Below, piece by piece: positions 28,907-38,851 of a stretch of 64,000 bases of DNA (within the stretch, counting starts at the first letter, position 1; each line of letters begins with the position of its first letter). The notes below the pieces were generated by a model. That model was not told the DNA's origin. It worked only from the letters and a program-made list of their open reading frames with translations, and made no database searches. The stretch is from Kiritimatiellia bacterium. GTDB lineage: Bacteria > Verrucomicrobiota > Kiritimatiellia > RFP12 > UBA1067. The DNA is taken from contig JBMNFY010000007.1 in assembly GCA_050949565.1 (NCBI GenBank), positions 64,001 through 128,000 on the forward strand, read 5' to 3'. The position numbers and the translations under genes were made by a program.

Positions 28907-29878
28907 TTAATCCTGTGACAGAGCGACCGCTTCTTCGAGCGTGATGACATCGAAGGCGGGGTTGTACTTCTTCAGGGTGTCTTTCACGGTCTGCGACGCG
29001 GTGATGAAACGGGTCTTTCCGAGTCCCTCGGCAAGATCGTAGACGCGCTGGCAGAGCCGTTCGGCGAGTGTCGGGTAGAGCGTGTCGTAGACTACGGCGC
29101 CTTCGCCCACGGCGTAGGACTCTTCCACGTTGGTACCGAACGGCACGAGCTTGTAGCCGAGCTGCTTGAGCAGGTCGCGCGGCGCGGAAGGATTGCCGCA
29201 GTAGTTCTTGAGGAAATCGCTTTCCAAATAAACCGCCTTGCGCGAGCCGGTCTTGTTCATGCCTTGCTCCACGAAGTACGCGGCGCTGTGGATGACCTTG
29301 ACGTCGGGCAGGCGGTCGTGCAGGAACTCAAACGCCGAGGGCTCCGCCACGATCAGGGTCTTGCAGCCGCTGTCGGTGACCGCCTTCTTGAAGCGCGCGA
29401 AGACCTTTTTCGAAGCGGCTTCGAAGCCCAGCACCGCAAGAGCCTTGCCGGGGTCGCCGCCGGTGATCACCGCGCATCCTTTGTACAGTTCGGGCGTGGG
29501 GCCGAAGTAGAGCGCGTTCCCTTTGCCCTTGACGCTAAAGGCGTCCTTTTCCAGTGTCTTGGCCAGTGCCTTCACTGCGGCGGGTGCGAGGTCCGCCTCA
29601 ACGATATCCCGGCGCACCGCGAGGACGAGGCCAGTTTCGTCATAGTCGCTCACGCAGTGGAAGCGGTTGGCGGCGCTCAATGCGCTGCGATAGAACGCGT
29701 CGATGTAGTCGGGATTCGACAGGTTGGCGGCATCCATGCGGATGCGGTCGCACATCAGCGCACGGCCGCGCGGGGTGTCGGCTTCACGGAAGGTGACGTT
29801 CCCCACCGGGTCGAGATGCCTGCACATGAAGCAGAAGCGGCAGGCGTCAATCACATTCAGATAATTTTCGATATGCAT
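28907..29878 (-). CDS. Fe-S oxidoreductase-like (GlcF-like) subunit with degenerate cysteine motifs
   Basis: CRFCFMCRHLDPV..TPRG; adjacent to FAD oxidase gene. Confidence 0.7.
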   Translation of the reverse strand: MHIENYLNVIDACRFCFMCRHLDPVGNVTFREADTPRGRALMCDRIRMDAANLSNPDYIDAFYRSALSAANRFHCVSDYDETGLVLAVRRDIVEADLAPAAVKALAKTLEKDAFSVKGKGNALYFGPTPELYKGCAVITGGDPGKALAVLGFEAASKKVFARFKKAVTDSGCKTLIVAEPSAFEFLHDRLPDVKVIHSAAYFVEQGMNKTGSRKAVYLESDFLKNYCGNPSAPRDLLKQLGYKLVPFGTNVEESYAVGEGAVVYDTLYPTLAERLCQRVYDLAEGLGKTRFITASQTVKDTLKKYNPAFDVITLEEAVALSQD

Positions 29879-29882
29879 GTTG

Positions 29883-31325
29883 TTACACTCCTTTTCCGGG
29901 GAAACCCATTTTGCCGGGGTTCATGATGTTGTTGGGGTCGAGCACTTTCTTGAGAGACTCAAGCACATTGAAGGCTGGCCCGTAAAGGTCGCGCATGATG
30001 CGGCCGAGCTTGAGGCCCACGCCGTGGTGCTCGTTGATCACGCCACCCTCGCGGATCGCCGCGCGGATCGCCATGTCCCAGATGCGGTTGTAGAGCGCGA
30101 CCGCCTCGTTCGGGTCCTGTGGCGGTTCCTCGATGATGAAGCGCGCATAGAGCATGCAGCCCCAGTCGTACCAGTGCGAGAAGTGACCGATGAAGGCGGC
30201 CTGCGGGAAGTTCTCTTTGACGACATTCTTCATGGCCCAGTAGACATTCTCGATGTTGGCGAAGGTGGCGACCGTGTCGAGTGTGCCGAAAGCCTGCGGC
30301 AACTGGAACATATAGGGCGGGTAGAAGAACTTGTAGCGGTTTTTCCACCACGACTGCCCGGCCTCTGTGCCCAGATCCTCCTTGGAGGTTCTTTCACAGA
30401 TTTTGCAGGCCTCTTCCATCTCCAGATCCACGATCTTTTCCGGGCCGTCAAAGCCGAACACCAAGTACGCGCCCTTGCGGTCGATGTTGAGCACCCGCTT
30501 GATGACCCTGGCGGTCGAGGCCTCGTCATAGAGACGGATGACGGCGGGACGCATGCGGCTGATCATAAGTTGGGAACCCGCCACCATGGCATCGTGCATG
30601 GTTTCGAACAGGTAGGCGTGGAACTTACGCGCGGCCGGGATCGGGTGAATCTTCATGACCGCCTTGGTCACGACTCCCAGTGTGCCCTCGCTGCCCAAAA
30701 AGAGTTCAGTGAGGGAGGGGCCGGAGGCGTGACGCGGTACCGGCAGGGTGTTGATGATTTCGCCGGTCGGTGTGACCACCTCCAGCGACATGATCATGTC
30801 TTCGATCTTGCCGTACTTGGTGCTGAGCACACCGGTACCGCGGTGCGCGATGAAGCCACCGAGTGTGGCGCAGGAAATCGAGGCGGGGAGGTGCATGGTG
30901 CTGAAACCAGCTTTCTCGACCTCCCACTCCAGATGCTGCGCGTTGATGCCGGCTTCCGCAGTAACGCACATCGTGACCGGATCAATTTCGATCACTTTGT
31001 TCATGCGCTTCATGTCCAGCACGATGCCGCCGTAGATCGGCAACGCGCCGCCTTGGGAGCCCGAGCCGCCACCCCACGGGGTCACGGGAATATTGTGGGT
31101 GTTGGCGATCTTGAGAATCGCGGCGACCTCCTGCGTGTTGCCGGGATAGACAACAAGATCCGGCGGCGTGGGTCTTTCACCGCGATCGTGCCAGCACTCC
31201 GGCACCCAATAGTAGTCGATGGAGTGGCCGAGATTATCGGCCTCGTTAGCTTGGACATACTCGTCGCCGACCACCCAGGTCAGCTCGCTACGAATCATCT
31301 CGTAGAGGTAGTTTTTTGGTGTCAT
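29883..31325 (-). CDS. FAD-binding oxidoreductase (GlcD/alkyl-DHAP synthase type)
   Basis: TPWGGGSGSQGG, LGSEGTLGVVT, HFSHWY, EHHGVG, LDPNNIMNPGK. Confidence 0.9.
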   Translation of the reverse strand: MTPKNYLYEMIRSELTWVVGDEYVQANEADNLGHSIDYYWVPECWHDRGERPTPPDLVVYPGNTQEVAAILKIANTHNIPVTPWGGGSGSQGGALPIYGGIVLDMKRMNKVIEIDPVTMCVTAEAGINAQHLEWEVEKAGFSTMHLPASISCATLGGFIAHRGTGVLSTKYGKIEDMIMSLEVVTPTGEIINTLPVPRHASGPSLTELFLGSEGTLGVVTKAVMKIHPIPAARKFHAYLFETMHDAMVAGSQLMISRMRPAVIRLYDEASTARVIKRVLNIDRKGAYLVFGFDGPEKIVDLEMEEACKICERTSKEDLGTEAGQSWWKNRYKFFYPPYMFQLPQAFGTLDTVATFANIENVYWAMKNVVKENFPQAAFIGHFSHWYDWGCMLYARFIIEEPPQDPNEAVALYNRIWDMAIRAAIREGGVINEHHGVGLKLGRIMRDLYGPAFNVLESLKKVLDPNNIMNPGKMGFPGKGV

Positions 31326-31343
31326 GTTTTCTCCTTTAAGAGT

Positions 31344-31875
31344 TGTTTTTTAACGCAGAGACGCAGAGGTTTTGATGGATGCGGCGTGACCGCCGCTGGG
31401 AGGGGCAAGCGTCTGCTTGCCCGCGGACGAGCAGACGCTCGTCCCTCCCGGTGCTCCGCAATGAACCCTGAAACCATCCTTCCGCACAGCGGAAGGCGGC
31501 TCGTGGGGACACTCGCCATCCATTGCCCGTCCCTGCGGCTCGTGGGGACACTCGCCATCCAAATCATGTCAATCATGTCAATCATGTCAAAAAAATGAAA
31601 CCATGGAACACGGGCAAGATGCCCGTGCCACACCCTTTTGCAAGACACGTTGTTGCGGGCGAGGACGCCCGACTCCAAATCTCTGCTCCCCTTTTCACCA
31701 GAAACGCACGATCTTCGCACATCCCTGTCATTAACCGACTGTGGATGGTCATGGAAAAACCTTTGTGTCCTTTGTGCCTTTGTGTGAGATTGAATTGGGT
31801 TGCGGGCTTTACCCGCGCTAGGTGAAAGGATCTAATAACGTTCAACGCTTAACGCTCAACTTTTAACGCTCAAGT
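31344..31875 (+). repeat. Long mosaic intergenic repeat
   Basis: AACGCAGAG array, 52-bp hairpin, GGCTCGTGGGGACACTCGCC x2, AATCATGTC x3, REP-like hairpins, CCTGTCATTAACCGA motif, CTTTGTG array, heptamer array. Confidence 0.9.
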
Positions 31876-33352
31876 TTTGAAGGGCGAGGTTCCTGTAGCA
31901 CGGAGCCAGCACGTCGTGGATGGCGCGGTAGCGTTGGAACTGACTGTTGTAAAACTCCGCGCGTCCGGCGTCGGGCAACAACTCGCGATCAAAACGCAGG
32001 CACTGCTTGACGGCGCTGACCACATCGTCAAAAACGCCGATACCAACACCGGCGAGCAGGGCACTGCCGAACGAAGCGTCGCAACAGGCGGGGCACTTGA
32101 CCGGCGCGTTGAAAAGGTCGCAGACAATGCTGCTCCAAAGCGCGCTCTTGGCACCGCCGCCGATCAACAGGAACTCGTGAACCGGAAGCTTCATCTTCTC
32201 GATGGTACGGTAGCAGTCGCGCAACGAGTACGCCACGCCTTCAAGCAGCGCACGCGACGCATCGCCGCGTGTGCTGGCCATGCTGAACCCAGTGAAGCTG
32301 CCGCGCAGATCCGCGTCCCAGTAGGGCGAGCGCTCGCCCTGCAGATACGGGTGGAAGAAGACGCCGTTGCTGCCGGGCGGCGCTTGGGCGGCCTCGGCGT
32401 CGATGGCGTCGTAGTGCGTTCCCGGTGTGCAAAAGGTGTCGCGGTACCAGCGCTGGCAGACCGCCGCTGCGTTGGTCGCGGTGACGGTGTACCACATGCC
32501 GGGCACGACATGCGAGTAGGTGAGCGTCTCGCGGTGCGGGTGAGCCTTGGCGGTCATCACATTGACATTGCCGGCGGTGGCGAGTTTGAGCACGCACTGG
32601 CCGGGCTCGATCGCGCCGGCTGCGTAATCCTCGACCGCTGAATCGCTGGCTCCCATAATGACGGGCGTACCGACCGGCAGACCTGTGTCGGCCGCCGCCT
32701 GCGCCGTGATGTGTCCCGCCAAGTCCGTCGGATCGCCGATGCGCGGCAGGGCTTTCAGCGGGATGCCGGCCAACTCGCAGAGCGCCTCCGACCAGCACGC
32801 TTTGCGCATGTCCCAGAAGAGCGTACCTTGCGCCTCGATGCTGTCGCAGGCCATCTCGCCGGTCAGGAGATAACGGATGTAATCTTTGACGAACGAGATG
32901 TGCCGCGTCTGCTTGAGGGTGCGCGGCTCGTTGTTGCGCAACCACAGCATCTGCGGCAGTGTCCACGTCGGCGTCGGCGCCTGATAGGCGGTCTTGAAGA
33001 TCAGGTCGAAATGATTCCGCTTCAGGGCCGCGCACTCCTGCACGCTGCGCTGGTCGGTCCAGATGATGGTCGGGCGCACCACGTTGAGTTTGCTGTCGAG
33101 CAGCACCGCGCCGTGCGTGTAGCTGTCGAGCGCAATGGCCGCGATGCGGCGGCGCTGCTTGAGCTTCTTGAGCACCTCGCACATGACGCGATACCAGTCG
33201 GCAGGATCCTGTTCGGCCCAGGCCGGTCGCGGGTGGTGGGTGGGGTATTCGCCGGACACACTCTCGACCACGTTGCCCGCAAGGTCGATCAATGTCACCT
33301 TGCAGCCGCCCGTGCCGAAATCGATTCCAAGTAAAAGGTCTTGGCGTTTCAT
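31856..33352 (-). CDS. FGGY carbohydrate kinase (xylulokinase-like)
   Basis: LGIDFGTGGCK, EQDPADW, PYLQGERSP, GGGAKS. Confidence 0.88.
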   Translation of the reverse strand: MKRQDLLLGIDFGTGGCKVTLIDLAGNVVESVSGEYPTHHPRPAWAEQDPADWYRVMCEVLKKLKQRRRIAAIALDSYTHGAVLLDSKLNVVRPTIIWTDQRSVQECAALKRNHFDLIFKTAYQAPTPTWTLPQMLWLRNNEPRTLKQTRHISFVKDYIRYLLTGEMACDSIEAQGTLFWDMRKACWSEALCELAGIPLKALPRIGDPTDLAGHITAQAAADTGLPVGTPVIMGASDSAVEDYAAGAIEPGQCVLKLATAGNVNVMTAKAHPHRETLTYSHVVPGMWYTVTATNAAAVCQRWYRDTFCTPGTHYDAIDAEAAQAPPGSNGVFFHPYLQGERSPYWDADLRGSFTGFSMASTRGDASRALLEGVAYSLRDCYRTIEKMKLPVHEFLLIGGGAKSALWSSIVCDLFNAPVKCPACCDASFGSALLAGVGIGVFDDVVSAVKQCLRFDRELLPDAGRAEFYNSQFQRYRAIHDVLAPCYRNLALQNLSVKS

Positions 33353-34146
33353 CAACCCAATATCCATTTGTGGTCGGGATCGGGCACCGACAAAAACTTG
33401 CGGTGGTTCGGGCCGGCCATGACCCACAGGTAGTACATGGTGTAGCCCGGCGCGTTGATTACGGGGTGGTAGCCGCGCGGGATCAGCGTGGTGTCGTTCT
33501 GTTGCACCGTGCAGGTGAAATCGATCGAACGGTCATCGGTGTAGATCTTCTGGATGCCGTAGCCCTGCGATGGATTGAAGCGGAAGAAGTAGACCTCTTC
33601 CATATCCACCTCGACCGGCAGGTTGTCGAAATCGTGACGGTGCGGCGGATAGCTCGCATGATTGCCCGAGGGCACAAACGCCTCGCCGATGAAGAAGTGG
33701 CTGGAAGGAAACTCGTCGGTCAACATGAGCAACGCATCGCGTTGGTAACTCTCCTTGCCGATGCGGGCTTCCTTTACCTGTTCGGGTGTGATCTCATACG
33801 CGGCGGTCTTGAGGTCGGATGGCGAGGCCGCCCAAGCGATCTCGACATCGGTCGTGCCGGTCACGGTGTAGGCGGTGCCGCACGGAATGTAGACGGTGTG
33901 CGGCTTGCCGGAGAAGACATCCTTGCGCGTGCCGACCTTCGCGAAATTGAAGCTCTCGCCGGTGACGGCACAGGTTCCGCCCAGCACGACCAGGGCGACC
34001 TCAAACGCGCCGGACTCGGCTTTGTACGACTCGCCTGCTTTGAGCGTGATGATGCCGAACTCGGTCAGTTTCAAATCGCCGTCGCCGATCGAGGCGATCT
34101 TGGTGAACGTGCCTTGGTTCTTGTAGTGTTTCAGATACTCTTTCAT
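33352..34146 (-). CDS. iolB: 5-deoxy-glucuronate isomerase (IolB family)
   Basis: SYPPHRHD, EEVYFF, IPRGYHP, YYLWVMAG. Confidence 0.85.
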   Translation of the reverse strand: MKEYLKHYKNQGTFTKIASIGDGDLKLTEFGIITLKAGESYKAESGAFEVALVVLGGTCAVTGESFNFAKVGTRKDVFSGKPHTVYIPCGTAYTVTGTTDVEIAWAASPSDLKTAAYEITPEQVKEARIGKESYQRDALLMLTDEFPSSHFFIGEAFVPSGNHASYPPHRHDFDNLPVEVDMEEVYFFRFNPSQGYGIQKIYTDDRSIDFTCTVQQNDTTLIPRGYHPVINAPGYTMYYLWVMAGPNHRKFLSVPDPDHKWILG

Positions 34147-34193
34147 GATGCTCCTTTCTTTACGCCGGTATGCCCCGGCTTGCCGCGCGCGGA

Positions 34194-35120
34194 TCACGCG
34201 TCGCGGATTGTGGTTTCAAACTTCTTCAAATGCTGTTCTGCCGTTTTGAGATTCGGTATGCCGGTTCTGCCGCCGAGCTGCGTGCATTTCAGCGCGGCGA
34301 CGACGGTCGCGAAGCGCATGCAGGACTCCCAAGGGCGCCCCTGCGCAACGGCGAATGTGAAAGCGCCGTGATAGGTGTCGCCCGCGCCGGTGGTGTCGAC
34401 CTCAGCAGGCACCTCGTACTGCGGACAACTGAACACCTGCTTCCCGTCAAAGCCGATCGAACCGCGCTTGCCGAGGGTGATCCCCGCGAAGCGGCAACCG
34501 GGCACAAACAGTTTGCGCACCGCAGCGGTCGGCGAGCGCGATCCCGTAAACCGGGCGGCGAAAGGCTGTGAGGCGATGATGATATCGCTCAACGCCAACA
34601 GCTCTTCGATGCCTGGGACGAGCGTTCCGGCGTCGATAGAAACACACACGCCATGTTTGCGGGCGGTTTTGGCCGCAGCGAGCGCGGCTTGCATCTGGTG
34701 TCCGTCAAGATGCAGCAGGTCGCTGGCGCGGATCCGCTCGCGGCAGAACTCGCGTGCCGAGAGAGGACGGGCTGTGCCGCGCGTCCAGGCGATGCTGCGC
34801 TTGCCGCTTGGCTGATCGATCCAGCAAAAGCCAGCCGGTGACTCGGCGTTTTTGCGGACTTTGATGCCTGCGGTGTCGACGCCCTCATCCGCGATGCCGC
34901 GCACGATCTGCTCGCCGCGCTCGTCGTCTCCGACCACCCCGCAAAACGCAGTGTCCGCGCCTAGACGGGCAGCGGCGACGATGGCGGTGGCGGCCGGACC
35001 GCCACCCTGTATGAGGCTCTCGACGATCTCGACTTTGTCGTCATGCGGGATATGCGGCAGGACACAGAGGTAGTCCATGCCGCAATAGCCGATACCGATG
35101 AGCTTGGGGGTTCGCTTCAT
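34194..35120 (-). CDS. PfkB-family carbohydrate kinase
   Basis: GGGPAATA, VDTTGAGDTYHGAF. Confidence 0.92.
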   Translation of the reverse strand: MKRTPKLIGIGYCGMDYLCVLPHIPHDDKVEIVESLIQGGGPAATAIVAAARLGADTAFCGVVGDDERGEQIVRGIADEGVDTAGIKVRKNAESPAGFCWIDQPSGKRSIAWTRGTARPLSAREFCRERIRASDLLHLDGHQMQAALAAAKTARKHGVCVSIDAGTLVPGIEELLALSDIIIASQPFAARFTGSRSPTAAVRKLFVPGCRFAGITLGKRGSIGFDGKQVFSCPQYEVPAEVDTTGAGDTYHGAFTFAVAQGRPWESCMRFATVVAALKCTQLGGRTGIPNLKTAEQHLKKFETTIRDA

Positions 35121-36379
35121 TCTCGCGCGACGCTTTCCTCGTTGATGAAGTCATCCTTAAAACTGGTGAGCGCGGCGACCAGCAGAACGACGCCTCCGAG
35201 CACGAACCCGATGGAGAGGTAGGACATCGCGGTGGTCAGGCCAACCGTCTGCTTGGCCCAGCCCAGGATGACCGGGGCAAAGGCGCCGACAAAGAAAATA
35301 CAGGTCAGCATCAGGCCGGTGGCCGAGCCGCGGTATTTGGGCTCGATCACATCAAAAAGCGTGGCATAGATATTTGAGTCGAAGATCCCGCGGAAGATGC
35401 CGAAACCAGCCAGAGCGGCGTAGCAGACCCACAGCGTGCTGGTCGCGCCCATGAGATAAACGAAGGGGGCGGCCAGGAACAGGCCGAAGACCACGACCTT
35501 GATCCGGACACGCGGGAAACGCACTGCCAGCAGGTCGGAGATCCGTCCGCCCAGCAACACACCGGTGGCGGCCGCGACCTGATGGTAGAACATCGAGGAA
35601 AAACCGACTTTGGCCAGTTTGAGTTCGTATTTCTCGTACAGGAAGGTGGAGATCCAGGTGTTGAAACCGCAGATTACAAAGAAAAACGCGCTGAACGAGA
35701 GGCAGAGCGCCCAGAAAGTCGGTTTGCACAGGACACCGTGGAACAACTCCTTGAGAGGGATACGGCTGACCTTTTTGCGGTCGTCGGTCTGTGAGGGCTG
35801 CCCCACATCCTTGACGCGCCAAAGGATGATGAAGCAGAGGATCAGCGCCATGGTGCCGAAGAGAAAGAAGGGGGTCCGCCAACCGAAGTGCTCGCCCATC
35901 CATCCGGCAATCAGGCCGCTGAAGATCAGGCCGAAGTAGAGCGCCGTCTGATGGATGCCCATGGCGAGCGCGCGGGTCTTGTGATGGTACTGACCGATCA
36001 GCGAATTTGCGGAGGGAAAGTAGCATGCCTCGCCGCCGCCGTTGCCGAATCCCCGGATCAGGATGAGACTTGTCATGCCGCCCGCAATGCCGGAGAGGAA
36101 GGTACAGCCGCTCGCCAGCAAGAGGCTGAAAAAAAGCACCCACTTGCGGCGCGAGATATCGCCCAAGTACCCGCCCAGCGGAACCAGCAGCGCGTAGCAC
36201 CAGAGAAAGATGGAGCCGATGAGCCCGGTCTGCACCGAGGAGAGCCCCAAGTCTTTCGTCAGCAGCGGCAGGACCACGTTGTAGGACTGTCGGTCGGCTT
36301 GGTTAAAGAAAAACGCGAACCAGAGCAGCGCGATCAGTTCCCATTTGTAGGGCAACCAGGTTTTTTTCGTGTCAGTCAT
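35117..36379 (-). CDS. MFS transporter
   Basis: NQADRQ, GYLGDISRRK, about 12 TM helices. Confidence 0.92.
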   Translation of the reverse strand: MTDTKKTWLPYKWELIALLWFAFFFNQADRQSYNVVLPLLTKDLGLSSVQTGLIGSIFLWCYALLVPLGGYLGDISRRKWVLFFSLLLASGCTFLSGIAGGMTSLILIRGFGNGGGEACYFPSANSLIGQYHHKTRALAMGIHQTALYFGLIFSGLIAGWMGEHFGWRTPFFLFGTMALILCFIILWRVKDVGQPSQTDDRKKVSRIPLKELFHGVLCKPTFWALCLSFSAFFFVICGFNTWISTFLYEKYELKLAKVGFSSMFYHQVAAATGVLLGGRISDLLAVRFPRVRIKVVVFGLFLAAPFVYLMGATSTLWVCYAALAGFGIFRGIFDSNIYATLFDVIEPKYRGSATGLMLTCIFFVGAFAPVILGWAKQTVGLTTAMSYLSIGFVLGGVVLLVAALTSFKDDFINEESVARE

Positions 36380-36544
36380 CGGAAACTTCCTTCTTTTGGA
36401 GTAGCACAGGGGTGATAACGCTCAACGTTCAACTTCAGCTTTATCATGCTCTGGAATCGGGGAGGGACGAGCGTCTGCTCGTCCTCGGGCAAGCAGACGC
36501 TTGCCCCTCCCGTTTCGTACTTGATGTGTTGAGCGTTGAACATT

Positions 36545-37816
36545 TCACTTGTCTTTGCCCGGGCGCGGGGCGACGTTCTCTTCGGGCAACTCGATATCCG
36601 CCGTGCCTTCGAAGTCAATCGCGGCAGGCTTACAGTTCATGTTGTAGAACGGCGAGTCCTTGTTCGTCAAAATGTCAGACATGCGCACGACCTGTCCGGT
36701 ATAAGCCGAGAGACGCCCCATGATCGCTGCCGCCGTGGCGTAGGCGATGGTCTCGCCCTCGTTAAGTTGCTTGCCGTGGATCACACTGTCCAGCAGGGCC
36801 GAGTGCTCGTTAACGTAGGGGTTGCCTTCGTTACCGACATCTTCCAGTTTTATCTCCTCGCCGTCATAACGGCGGACTTTGCCGCCGCCGGAAATCTCTG
36901 CCAGTTCGGTTGCAAACAACTCGCCCACGCGGCCGGCGCAACCGGGGATTTGGCGTGCGAGACTGTGGATGTGCAATCCGTCGCCGTAGTCGAAGTCTAC
37001 GCTGAAAAAGTCATACTGATTGCCGGTGGGACGGCGTACGCGTGCGCCCACGCCCATCGCGGTGCGCGGATAGCGCCCGATGAACCAGTTGGCCACGTCG
37101 ATGTTGTGGACGTGCTGCTCGACGATGTGGTCGCCCGACATCTCGGCCCAGTTCATCCAGTTGTTGCACATATACTGTGCGTTGGTGACGCCCTCCTTAC
37201 GCGGACGGATACTACCGCGTGCCTGGCACCAATAGATGTTGCCGCCGCGGATTGTGCCGAGCTGACCTTTTTGAAACGCCAGCGCCTGACGCATGTAGGC
37301 ACCCTGATGGCGACGTTGCGTACCGGTCACCAGTGTCAACTGCTTGGCTTTGGCGGCAGCCGTGATTTCCAGAATATGGCGCACGCCTTGCGGGTCAACC
37401 GCGATTGGCTTTTCCGCGAACACATGCTTGCCGGCCTTGATGCAGGCGTCGAGGTGGCGCGGGCGGAAGGCGGGCGGCGCGCCGAGGATTACGATCTCGA
37501 TGCCCGGTACATCGAGCATCTTGAAGTAGCCGTCGCCGCCGCCGAAGGCGAATTTCTCATCGCAGCCGAACTGCTTACAGCGGCGCTGCGCCTCTTCGAG
37601 GAAAAAGTCGTGTGCGGCCACCAGTTGAATGTTATGGCCGATCTTTTTGGCGGCTTCGGCCATGTTGTTGAAAGCATCGGCAGCGCGTCGGCCCGAGCCG
37701 ATCATGGCGACCTTGAAGGTGCGTGCCGCGCCTTGCGCGGACACGATCGTGGGAGCTGCGGCCATCATGGCCGAGAATAAGGATGCATTTTTAATGAATT
37801 CTCTACGGTTCTGCAT
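36545..37816 (-). CDS. Tat-exported Gfo/Idh/MocA oxidoreductase
   Basis: NRREFIK Tat motif; AEKP, GTQRR, EQHVHNID. Confidence 0.9.
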   Translation of the reverse strand: MQNRREFIKNASLFSAMMAAAPTIVSAQGAARTFKVAMIGSGRRAADAFNNMAEAAKKIGHNIQLVAAHDFFLEEAQRRCKQFGCDEKFAFGGGDGYFKMLDVPGIEIVILGAPPAFRPRHLDACIKAGKHVFAEKPIAVDPQGVRHILEITAAAKAKQLTLVTGTQRRHQGAYMRQALAFQKGQLGTIRGGNIYWCQARGSIRPRKEGVTNAQYMCNNWMNWAEMSGDHIVEQHVHNIDVANWFIGRYPRTAMGVGARVRRPTGNQYDFFSVDFDYGDGLHIHSLARQIPGCAGRVGELFATELAEISGGGKVRRYDGEEIKLEDVGNEGNPYVNEHSALLDSVIHGKQLNEGETIAYATAAAIMGRLSAYTGQVVRMSDILTNKDSPFYNMNCKPAAIDFEGTADIELPEENVAPRPGKDK

Positions 37817-37877
37817 GGTTGGTACCTTTTGGTTGTGCCGGACGTGGCTGACAGGCCAGACACGTCCGACGGGGTTA

Positions 37878-38822
37878 TTACGCTTGAGCCCACTGCTCGC
37901 GCATGAGCGCGGCGGCTTGTGCCAGAAGCTTTCGTTTTTGATCGTCGGAAACGCCTTTCGGATAACCGGCCTCAATGCTGATTGCGCCACGGTATCCGAT
38001 CAGCTTCAAGCCTTTGAAGCCGAGCACATAATTGTCAGCCTCGCTATCGACACCCGGGATCTTGCGGGTCTTGCGCGAGGCGATGTGGACGTGCTTGAGA
38101 TAAGCGCCCGCTGAGATAAACGCCCCCATGTCGTTGGTCTCTTCAGCGGTCATGTGCCAGAAGTCGCCGAGCACGCCGATGGCGGGGCTGTTCGCATCGC
38201 GTGCGATGGCGGCGGCGTCCGCCACGAGACGCAGGAACATGGTTTCGTTACGATTAAGCGGCTCCATGATCAGGCAGACGCCCAGTTTCTCTGCATGAGC
38301 GAGGATTTCCGGCAGGATCTCCTTGAGGTAACGTTCACGCAGTTCGGGGAAGGGCAGGTCGATCTTCTTGCGCGCCGGCACGGTGATGACGCCGGTGGCA
38401 CCGAGCTTGGCCGCGCTCTCTAAGATGCTCTTGGTGGTGTCGATCACCGCGCGGCGCTCTGTGGGATCGGCCATACCTGCGTTGCCGCGTGCGCTGATGC
38501 AGGTCACACTGAAGCGTAGGTTGCGATTTTTGATCGCAGCGGCCATCTCGTCGACGTTTTTGGCCAGCCACTCCCAGTTGCCGCCGTTGATCTCGATGCG
38601 GTCATAGCCGTTAGCCTCAAGGAAATCGTAGCGCTCCGCGAAGCTTTTGCCCGGCACCAGCATCTGCTGGCAGCCGATGTGCAACTCAGCGGGCGGTTCA
38701 GGTGCCTTGAGAACCGGCATGCCGCTCGTGGTGGCGGCGTGCGCCTGCCGTGCGCCGAACAGCGCCGCACCGCCCAGTCCCGCTGCACTGAATGTGAAAA
38801 ACTGTCTTCTGTTGATAGCCAT
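37878..38822 (-). CDS. Tat-exported sugar phosphate isomerase/epimerase (TIM barrel)
   Basis: NRRQFF; MEPLNRNE, DFWHM, HVHIAS. Confidence 0.88.
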   Translation of the reverse strand: MAINRRQFFTFSAAGLGGAALFGARQAHAATTSGMPVLKAPEPPAELHIGCQQMLVPGKSFAERYDFLEANGYDRIEINGGNWEWLAKNVDEMAAAIKNRNLRFSVTCISARGNAGMADPTERRAVIDTTKSILESAAKLGATGVITVPARKKIDLPFPELRERYLKEILPEILAHAEKLGVCLIMEPLNRNETMFLRLVADAAAIARDANSPAIGVLGDFWHMTAEETNDMGAFISAGAYLKHVHIASRKTRKIPGVDSEADNYVLGFKGLKLIGYRGAISIEAGYPKGVSDDQKRKLLAQAAALMREQWAQA

Positions 38823-38851
38823 GTGTGTCTGTCTTTTCCCCGTGTTAGAAG

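Noticed and set aside
31322-31845. Short ORFs in repeat mosaics (also 13886-14138, 25918-26475, 41060-41453, 43526-43849, 44683-45219)
   Set aside because: Translations of repeat modules (LTQRRRDAE, HVNHVNHV, FVPFVP), not credible proteins
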